DNA from: Phaeosaccion multiseriatum
Taxonomy: Eukaryota > Protista > Ochrophyta, other classes
DNA: 64,000 nt
NCBI GenBank assembly: GCA_965112735.1
Contig: OZ218952.1
Coordinates: 930,001-994,000, forward strand
Reading direction: 5' to 3'
The position numbers were made by a program, and so were the translations under genes. Below the pieces are notes generated by a model. That model had not been told where the DNA came from. It worked only from the letters and a program-made list of their open reading frames with translations, and made no database searches. Shown here in pieces: positions 56,187-64,000 of the stretch (positions within the stretch are counted from its first letter, which is position 1; each line of letters starts with the position of its first letter).

Positions 56187-57488
56187 ATGATTCTGTGGCG
56201 CGCTTTTTTGGGTGTCCTTACTCTGCTAAGAAGCTTAGACATTGGAGCGCAGCAGCAGCAGGAGCAGCAGGAGCAGTACTTACTCTTCGGCCTAAGTGGT
56301 GGTGTAGGCAACCAGCTGAAGGGCTTGGCCAATGGGATCAATTGCGCGGAGGCCTTGAACCGGACGCTAATTTTGCCTCCTCTTTTCGGGCACAAGAACC
56401 TGCACACGCTCGACTTCAGCACCTCCGCGACAAGCTGGGGGGGGTGGGCGGGGTGTCGCACCAACAAACATGATGACTACGATGAGCTTCTGTGGCCTAT
56501 GTTGGAGACGGGCCAAGAGTTCGACCCACACAAGCACGGGAAGTGGGACTGGGACTTGGTCTTCGATTTCTCTCCCGTCAAGAGATTTGTGCGCATGGTA
56601 CACTTTGTGGACTGGAGGGCTCGCTATATTGAGGAGGAAAACCATGGCATTGACTCCTTCAACGCCTCGCACTTCCACATTGGGCCGGCATGCGGTACGG
56701 AAGAGGACATTGCTCTCCTTCGGGACCTTGTGTTTCCATCCTCAGCACGCACACTCACCTGGGGCAACATGATGTATTTTAAGGACGGTGGACCGGCGTC
56801 TTATCTGCCGGGCCGCCAGGCGTTTATGGTGGATGTTAAGTTCTCGCCCGGCATTCTCTATCTGGTGGGCCGGATCACTCGCCAATGGGCATCATCCGTC
56901 ACGACTCCAGCAGGGGAACGCAACATTGTTGGCAACGGCACCACGGAGGAAATGCCTTTTTCGTCGCTCGTGTCGGTGCACATACGGGCAGGAGACATGG
57001 CAAAGATGTCGACGCACGAAACGACGGTGCAGGGCCTCCTCGCGCTGCTCGAGAGCGACATGAAGGGGGTGTTGAGAGGAGGAGGAGGGCAAGAAGCTGG
57101 AGCTCAAACTCCCATCACCTCTCCCCCGGACGCCCTCTTCGTGTGGGTGGGAATGGACTTTACTCACGACAGCCCCGAGCTCGTCGACATGGTGTACAAG
57201 TCTCCCTTGTGTGCGCTTCCCCCCTCCTCCTCTCCCTCCTCGTCCTCCCCTACTCCCACTCGTCGTTGCGCAAGCACTGCTGATCCCTGGGTGGAAACCC
57301 TCATTGCAGAGAGCGACGTGCACCCTGTCATTGCGGCGGCATTTCTGGACATGGCCTTCTACACCCTTAGTGACGGTGGCTTCTTCTCCAGAACCTATTC
57401 GGGGCGCTTCTCGACGTACGATTGGTTCCCAAAATGGCAGCGCCAAGGCCGCTCGCCGGACTGGCCCAAGAGCAACAAGGACATGTAG
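56187..57488 (+). CDS. Intronless GDP-fucose O-fucosyltransferase-like protein, copy 1
   Basis: Signal peptide; GGVGNQL..AEALNRTLILPP, VHIRAGD and FSTY motifs characteristic of the O-FucT/alpha-1,2/alpha-1,6 fucosyltransferase superfamily. Confidence 0.8.
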   Translation: MILWRAFLGVLTLLRSLDIGAQQQQEQQEQYLLFGLSGGVGNQLKGLANGINCAEALNRTLILPPLFGHKNLHTLDFSTSATSWGGWAGCRTNKHDDYDELLWPMLETGQEFDPHKHGKWDWDLVFDFSPVKRFVRMVHFVDWRARYIEEENHGIDSFNASHFHIGPACGTEEDIALLRDLVFPSSARTLTWGNMMYFKDGGPASYLPGRQAFMVDVKFSPGILYLVGRITRQWASSVTTPAGERNIVGNGTTEEMPFSSLVSVHIRAGDMAKMSTHETTVQGLLALLESDMKGVLRGGGGQEAGAQTPITSPPDALFVWVGMDFTHDSPELVDMVYKSPLCALPPSSSPSSSSPTPTRRCASTADPWVETLIAESDVHPVIAAAFLDMAFYTLSDGGFFSRTYSGRFSTYDWFPKWQRQGRSPDWPKSNKDM

Positions 57489-57755
57489 AGCTTTTCGTTA
57501 CTTCAGCACATGAGTGTACGCACTACATGGCTTGGCTACCGGCGTGTTACTAGGTGCTAAGCGCAGCAAAGTCAAGTTTGCGAGAGCCCCCCGCCCCTCG
57601 ATCGACGGACAGGGGGGAGGCGCCAGCAGCGTCGTTGGCGGGACGGGGCGGTGGCACAGGCTGGGCAGGCGGCGAGCCAAACCCACCAGCTCCCAAAAAG
57701 ATGAGCGCGGCAGAGAAGCGGTGACAGCAAGCGAGCAATGGAGGAGGCAGCAGTC

Positions 57756-58635
57756 CCAACGACAAGGACGGCACTTCATCCGCCCCGAGATCAATCGCAC
57801 GTATCACTTTGGCAAGAAAGGCACCAGCAAGGGACAGTACTCTGCCTTCCTCGAGCACATTAAGCTCAACGACGATGAAGTAAGTGACGAGGGAGAGAAA
57901 GAGAGAGAGAGAGAGAGAGAGCGCAGGAGTGAATTTTCGTCTCAGTTTATAAGCCTGTATCTTATCCAAGCAATTGCCCGTACCAGCCGCCAATTTGCTC
58001 TTCCATTCATCCTTCGCTCTCCCTCCCTTCCTCCCTCCCTCCCTCCCTCCCTCCGTCCGTCCCTTTCTCTGCAGATCAACTTCTGTGACCTAGATCTCTC
58101 GTACCTTTCTCTGGAGCGCTGGGACAAAGAGTACATCGACCGAGTGAGGGCAGCTCCGGTCGTGAGCAAGGAGGCAGCCATGTATGGAAGAGGTCATTTG
58201 GAAGAGGTGGGTCGGTGGTCGGAAAGCAGTCACAGAAACGAACCCCAGTCACACGGCCACACGGTCACGTGATCGCACAGTCACACGCCAGCATCAAGAC
58301 TGACTGGTGTCGCCCCCCTCCCCCCCCCTCCCCTCACTTACTTGTGTTGGTTGTTGTCCACTTCGAGAGGCATGAGGCATGACACCCTCCCTCCCTTCCC
58401 ATCCCTCCCCTCTCCTCCCCCCCCCCCCATCCCCTCCCCCTTCACACTTCCCCACACGGACCTTGGCCCTTCCCTACTCTTTGTCAGTGCCTTCATTGCC
58501 TTGCCTGCCCGTATGCCTGCCCGTATGCCTGCCCATATGCTTGCCTACATGCATGCATGGTGTTATGCCTCTTACGTCCCGCCCGCATGGTGTTATGCCT
58601 CTTACGTCCCGCCCGCCCTCCCCACCACAACCACC
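57756..58635 (+). pseudogene. Partial duplicate of the MGAT1 3' region (two exons plus introns), lacking the last exon
   Basis: Near-identical to 54410-~55215 (RHFIRPEINRTYHF.., INFCDLDLSYL..GHLEE); ends at the GATAGC element. Confidence 0.9.
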
Positions 58636-58750
58636 ATAGCGGATAGCGCGCTGGCTGGCGCCGGGATAGCGGATAGCGCGCCGGCTGGCGCCGGCGATAG
58701 CGGATAGCGGATAGCGTGTCAGGGGGTCAGGGGTCGAGTCGAGGATAGCG
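58636..58750. mobile_element. Fragment of a GATAGC-rich foldback/MITE-like element
   Basis: Repeated GGATAGC and GGCTGGCGCCGG units ending in TCAGGGGTCGA; matches 61693-61787 directly and 61494-61560 in inverted orientation. Confidence 0.6.
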
Positions 58751-59013
58751 TCACAATCGATCACAAAACCAAATGACACACCTTTTTTGCTTTTTTGAAG
58801 TCGCTGAAACGGAAACTGAAACTGCGATTACCCGCAGAATTTGCAATGCAGAAATTACAAATTACAAGGAAAAGCTCAGCCTGATCTCAGCCTCGTCCCT
58901 TTGCTTATTTGCTTACGAGGTACTCGTCAGAAAGTAGAAGATATCTTGGAGGATGGGGGTGTAGCTGACTGGGTCGCTTCGCTCGCTCGTGGACTGGACT
59001 GGGCTGAGCGAGG

Positions 59014-60309
59014 ATGATTCTGCGGCACGCCATTTTGGTTGCCCTTGTTACTCTGCTAAGAAGCTTAGACACTGGAGCGCAGCAGCAGCAGGAGCAGCAG
59101 GAGCAGTACTTACTCTTCGGCCTAAGTGGTGGTGTAGGGAACCAGCTGAAGGGCTTGGCCAATGGGATAAATTGCGCGGAGGCCTTGAACCGGACGCTAA
59201 TTTTGCCTCCTCTTTTCGGGCACAAGAACCTGGAGTCGCTCGACTTTAGCACCTCCCAGACATACTCCTGGGGGGGGTGGGCGGGGTGTCATACCCACCA
59301 AAACGATGGCTACGAGAAGCGGCTGTGGCCTATGTTGGAGAAGGGCCAAAAGTTCGACCCACACATGCACGGGAAGTGGGACTGGGACTTGGTCTTCGAT
59401 TTCTCTCCCGTCAAGAGATTTGTGCGCATGGTACACTTTGTGGACTGGAGGGCTCGCTATATTGAGGAGGAAAACCATGGCGTTGACTCCTTCAACGCCT
59501 CACACTTCCACATTGGGCCGGCGTGCGGTACGGAAGAGGACATTGCTCTCCTTCGGGACCTTGTGTTTCCACCCTCAGCACGCACACTCACCTGGGGCAA
59601 CATGATGTATTTTGAGGCCGGTGGACCGGCGTCTTATCTGCCGGGCCGCCAGGCGTTTATGGTGGATGTTAAGTTCTCGCCCGGCATTCTCGACCTGGTG
59701 GGCCGGATCACTCGCCAATGGGCATCATCCACCACGACTCCAGCAGGGGAACGCAACATTGTTGGCAACGGCACCACAGAAGAAATGCCTTTTTCGTCGC
59801 TCGTGTCGGTGCACATACGGGCAGGAGACGTGACAAAGGGGTCGACGCACGAAACGACGGTGCAGCGCCTCCTCGCGCTGCTCGAGAGCGACATGAAGGG
59901 GGTGTTGAAAGGAGGAGGGCAAGAAGCTGGAGCTCAAACTCCCATCACCTCTCCACCGGATGCCCTCTTCGTGTGGGTGGGAATGGACTTTACTCACGAC
60001 AGCCCCGAGCTCGTCGACATGGTGTACAAGTCTCCCTTGTGTGCGCTTCCCCCCTCCTCCTCGTCCTCCTCTACTCCCACTCGTCGTTGCGCAAGCTCTG
60101 CTGACCCCTGGGTGGAAACCCTCATTGCAGAGAGCGACGTGCACCCTGTCATTGCGGCGGCATTTCTGGACATGGCCTTCTACACCCTTAGCGACGGTGG
60201 CTTCTTCTCCAGAAGCTACGCGGGGCACACCTCGACGTACGATTACTTCCCCCAATGGCAACGCCAAGGCCGCTCGCCGGACTGGCCCAAGAGCAACAAG
60301 GACATGTAG
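59014..60309 (+). CDS. Intronless GDP-fucose O-fucosyltransferase-like protein, copy 2
   Basis: Intact 431-aa paralogue of 56187-57488 with the same motifs. Confidence 0.8.
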   Translation: MILRHAILVALVTLLRSLDTGAQQQQEQQEQYLLFGLSGGVGNQLKGLANGINCAEALNRTLILPPLFGHKNLESLDFSTSQTYSWGGWAGCHTHQNDGYEKRLWPMLEKGQKFDPHMHGKWDWDLVFDFSPVKRFVRMVHFVDWRARYIEEENHGVDSFNASHFHIGPACGTEEDIALLRDLVFPPSARTLTWGNMMYFEAGGPASYLPGRQAFMVDVKFSPGILDLVGRITRQWASSTTTPAGERNIVGNGTTEEMPFSSLVSVHIRAGDVTKGSTHETTVQRLLALLESDMKGVLKGGGQEAGAQTPITSPPDALFVWVGMDFTHDSPELVDMVYKSPLCALPPSSSSSSTPTRRCASSADPWVETLIAESDVHPVIAAAFLDMAFYTLSDGGFFSRSYAGHTSTYDYFPQWQRQGRSPDWPKSNKDM

Positions 60310-61182
60310 AGCTTTTCGTTACTTCAGCACATGAATTGGGAGCACCTTCGTGTGAGGAGACAGTAACTACAGTACGGCAAGGCAAACTGGATTTACTTGG
60401 CCCGTCAGGTCAGTGTGTGTAGGTGCCTGTGTGCGCGGGGCCGGGGGCGCACGTGTGGGGTGTAGGTTCAGAGGTGATGAGAGGGAGGGGCTGAGCCATC
60501 CACGCAACAAGAGGAGGAGGGAGCGGCCGGGAGTTTCTAGGCGGACACATTGGCATGATGGATGTCCTTCGTACTAATGTTGTGACTCAGTCCCCCCTCT
60601 AGCCGTCACACCCTCTCACTCTCGTGTCTGTGCGTCGCGTCGCAGGAGGCTCCCATCGGACGAGAGAGCCAAGACCAGCTTGTCAACGTGCTTGCCGACA
60701 GGCTGCTGTCGAACGTGGTGGGTGGTGGAGACACGGAGCGACTGCTCTTCTGTCTTGACCGGGGCTTTGCTGTTCCATGCATACGAGGGTATTCGCTGAA
60801 GATACTCGAGGAGCCAGAGCCAAACACGGCGAAGCGGAGGGTAGCCATCACGGGGCGGTGGTAGAAACGAACGATGGCACTCCGCCCTTGCTGCGCCTCC
60901 CAAAGTAAGCGGCAAGGCGAGGAGGAGGCGGGGCTCAGTCGGGTGAGGGGGCCAGTAGCTCCGATTCGTCTTTAGGCTCGGAGGACGGGCAGCCAGTGCC
61001 AGTATTATAAGTCGAGCCGCTCGGTGTCGGCGCCTCGTCGGGAAGGGAATGGACGATGGCAGCCAGCGGACGAGCAATCTCCAGCAGCCAAGATCTAGGG
61101 AACGGCGCAAGAAGGGGGGACGGGCAACGCAGGGAGAGCGGTGGATGGACGGGCCCTTCCTGAAGGCGACGACGGTAGCGGA

Positions 61183-61351
61183 GGGAGTGGAGGCCAGGCA
61201 CCGGTGGGGATGGGGGCAGCCAAGGGAGTGGAGGCCAGGCACCGGTGGGGATGGGGACAGCCAAGGGAGTGGAGGCCAGGCACCGGTGGGGATGGGGACA
61301 GCCAAGGGAGTGGAGGCCAGGCACCGGTGGGGATGGGGGCAGCCAAGGGAG
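61183..61351. repeat. 41-bp minisatellite, 4 copies (GGGAGTGGAGGCCAGGCACCGGTGGGGATGGGGRCAGCCAA)
   Basis: Direct tandem units at 61183, 61224, 61265 and 61306. Confidence 0.95.
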
Positions 61352-61488
61352 CGCGCGATGGCAGCGAGACGAGGGGAGGCAACAGTGTGGGGAGCAGCAG
61401 CAGGGTGGAGAATGGCAGTGGCGCACGCGGAGGTGGGGAAGGGGCAAACGCAGACGGGGGAGGGCCGCATGCTTGTGACCTCCAAAGG

Positions 61489-61787
61489 CAGGGTCGACCC
61501 CTCACGTGCTATCTGCTATCTGCTATCGCCGGCGCCACAGCCGGCGTGCCATCTGCTATCGAGAATGTGATATCGGGTTGTAAAGCAGGGTCGACCCCTG
61601 ACGCGTATCGCCCACATTCTCGATAGCGCGCTATCGGCCCCCGCTGGATACACGTAGCGTCGACCCCTGACACGCTATCGCCCACTTTCTCGATAGCGGA
61701 TAGCGCGTCGGCTGGCGCCGGGATAGCGGACAGCGCGCCGGGATAGCGGACAGCGCGCCGGCGATAGCGGATAGCGCGGATAGCGCG
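61489..61787. mobile_element. GATAGC/GCTATC foldback (MITE-like) element
   Basis: Starts CAGGGTCGACCCCT; GCTATC repeats on the left and GATAGC repeats on the right; GTCGACCCCT core three times; 15-nt perfect inverted repeat at 61555-61569/61613-61627. Confidence 0.65.
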
Positions 61788-61946
61788 AGCAGGATCATCC
61801 GAGCAGGGGCGGAAAACTAAAACTAAAACTAAAATGTATTCGACTTTGCCCGTTACTTTTAGGCAAACCATATCTTGCCTCCCCGATCCCTCCCCCCTTG
61901 CCCGCCCCCAACAAGCTGCAGTTGCCAAGAAAAATACCATCTATCT

Positions 61947-63846
61947 ATGTTACATGCCAGCGTGGTGTTGGCAACCACTGTTTTTGCCTCGCTCGCCGGG
62001 ACTTTTGGCCTTGCGTTTCAGCTCCCCTGCACCCCAAAAGTCACGACCTCCAGCAATGACAGTAGGATTGGCACCAAGCGCCCTCGCACCCTGAGTGGTG
62101 CTCTCAACAGCAGTAGTAGTAAAAGCAGTAGTATTCTACTGGTACGCAGTAGCAGAGGCACAGGCCGCGCATGGAGAAGAGGAATAGTCTCTTCTTCGAG
62201 AGGGCTTTCTCTCCAGAGGAAAGGCGCTGAGGGGCGCAGAAGCAGCTCCCTGTGGGCAGGTCTTCCCGCGGCGCTTGCCCTGAACCCGGGCCTCAAGTCC
62301 AACCCCTGGTATGTCTGGACGCTGCTCATGGCGACGTCGTCGGCAGGGCTGGCGGCAGAGAAGACCAAGGCTGGCGCAGCGTTGAGCAGCCCTCTCACTA
62401 CCATGCTGCTGACCCTCGGACTGTGCAATTTGAAACTCTTGCCCGCAACGTCGCCAGCGTACGATACAGTCAACAAGGTGAGAACAGCAGCAAAGGGGAG
62501 GGCAGCAGCAGAGAACGAATTGGCATGATGGCCGTCTATCCATACGTGTGGCTGGGCGATCGAGGTGGAGGAGGGACGGAGGAGGGCTGCCCACAGCGAG
62601 CGCATGCGATCAAAGCGTTTGATAATGGTGTGACTGTGACGCGAAGACAAGGAGGGCTCGAGCAGACCTGAAGGGAGGGGGCAGCCCTCCAGCAGCCATA
62701 GCAACTCGTCCAAACGGTCGGTCTCTTCACCCCCCCCCCCGCCCTCCTCCTTCCCCTCCCCCCGCCACGCCCTTTCCGGTAGGTGCTGGTCCCCTTGGCG
62801 GTGCCCCTACTGCTGTTTGATGCCGACTTACGCAAGGTGATCAAGTACTCGGGCACGCTGTTGGCGTGCTTCGCGCTCGGGGCTCTCGGCACCGTCATTG
62901 GAACACTCGTGGCGTACAAGGTAAGGTGTGTTGTGCACCGTGTGAAGTATATATGCGTACATCTTTCTCTCTCTCTCTCCCTCTCCCTCTCCCTACGAAC
63001 GTACTGTAGTATTCCAAGCTTTTGGTTCACTCACTCGGCCTTTCCCGCCTGCGAGAAAGGGGGGTGGTGGGGTAGCGGGGTAGCGTTTGAACAACAGTTC
63101 CTCTTCTCACAATATAATTACCCTATGCAAAGTAAGACCATCACCCAACCAACCAACCAACCAACCAACCAACAATCCATCACCCCCAACCTCCAACCCT
63201 TACCCTCTCACCTCTCCCACACTCAGCTCGTCCCTCTGGGTATGGGGGCAGACGGGTGGAAGGCGGCCGCTGGTCTGGCGGCCAGACACATCGGAGGTGC
63301 TGTCAACTTCGTTGCTGTGGCTGAGACGCTGGGTATGAGCTCGGAGGCGGTTGTAAGTAGTCCGGAGCTTACTGTACCAATACTTTGAATTTAAATTGAC
63401 TGCAGCGGCTGTGCGAGTGCCAGTAAAATGGCGACACTAACACTAACCTTTAACTCAGTCACTACTCACGTAAACTACCGTTCTTCATTGACTTGTTGTT
63501 GCCTTTTGTCGTATTGTACAGGTGGCGTCTCTGGCGGCGGACAATGTGGTCATTGCGGCGTACTTCATGTTCCTCTTCGGCGTAACCGCAGAAGCTTCCG
63601 CCGAGGAGGAGGAGCGAGACTCAGAGGCAGCAGCAGATGCCAAGGCTCCGGCTACGGCTGTGGCAAAGGATGGAGGAGCAATCGTCGCTTTGGAAAGCGT
63701 ATCTGCGGAGGTAAGCAGCGCTGAGGGTAAGGGTGTGAGCAAGGAGAGCCTCTCGGTGGCGCTGTCTCTGGCGCTTCTCTTCCATATGACTGCGGACCTC
63801 TGTGCCAAGAGATTCTTCCGAGGAGGGGTTAGCCCCATTCCCATCG
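61947..63846 (+). CDS. DUF819-family membrane protein, probably plastid-targeted; continues beyond the window
   Basis: Exons ~61947-62477, 62782-62920, 63227-63353, 63522-63846. Signal peptide + GLA^FQL presequence; LVPLAVPLLLFDADLRKVI, ARHIGGAVNFVAV, AADN. Confidence 0.85.
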
Positions 63847-64000
63847 GTGAGTGATAACTGAGGAGGAGGAGGAGGAGGAGGAGGAGGAGGAGGAGGGGGA
63901 GGAGGAGGAGGAGGAGGGGGAGGAGGAGGAGGAGGAGGAGGAGGAGGAGGAGGAGGAGGAGGGGGAGGAGGAGGAGGAGGAGGAGGAGGAGGAGGAGGAG

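Noticed and set aside
61183-61351. 41-bp repeat as a coding repeat or CRISPR (ORFs 60616-61626)
   Set aside because: Unit length is not a multiple of 3, there are no spacers, and the ORFs are GC-rich artefacts.

Overview
Gene-dense, intron-rich eukaryotic nuclear DNA, most likely from a photosynthetic stramenopile (ochrophyte); this is inferred from a signal peptide + 'AF' plastid-type presequence, a CDPK7-type kinase and a hybrid histidine kinase. Introns are full of microsatellites, so most short ORFs in the track are artefacts. Spliced genes reconstructed by eye, in order: RNA Pol I largest subunit (5' part outside the window), U2AF2, two hypothetical genes, VAMP7, an EF-hand/PH/CAMK kinase (CDPK7-like), an FtsH-family protease, RNF170, a hybrid His kinase, DPAGT1/ALG7 head-to-head with GnT-I/MGAT1, two intronless O-fucosyltransferase-like paralogues, and a DUF819 protein (3' end outside the window). 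Most notable: (i) a glycosylation cluster (ALG7, GnT-I, FucT, FucT), enlarged by a local duplication whose breakpoint abuts a GATAGC-rich foldback element, with clustered amino-acid divergence between the FucT copies; (ii) a Tudor-like insertion in the Pol I foot region; (iii) a dispersed CTGTATCACCAAC motif, mostly within CAG/CTG runs; (iv) introns with G-rich 5' and C-rich 3' halves whose repeat units resemble splice-site words. Exon boundaries were read by eye and need RNA-seq confirmation.
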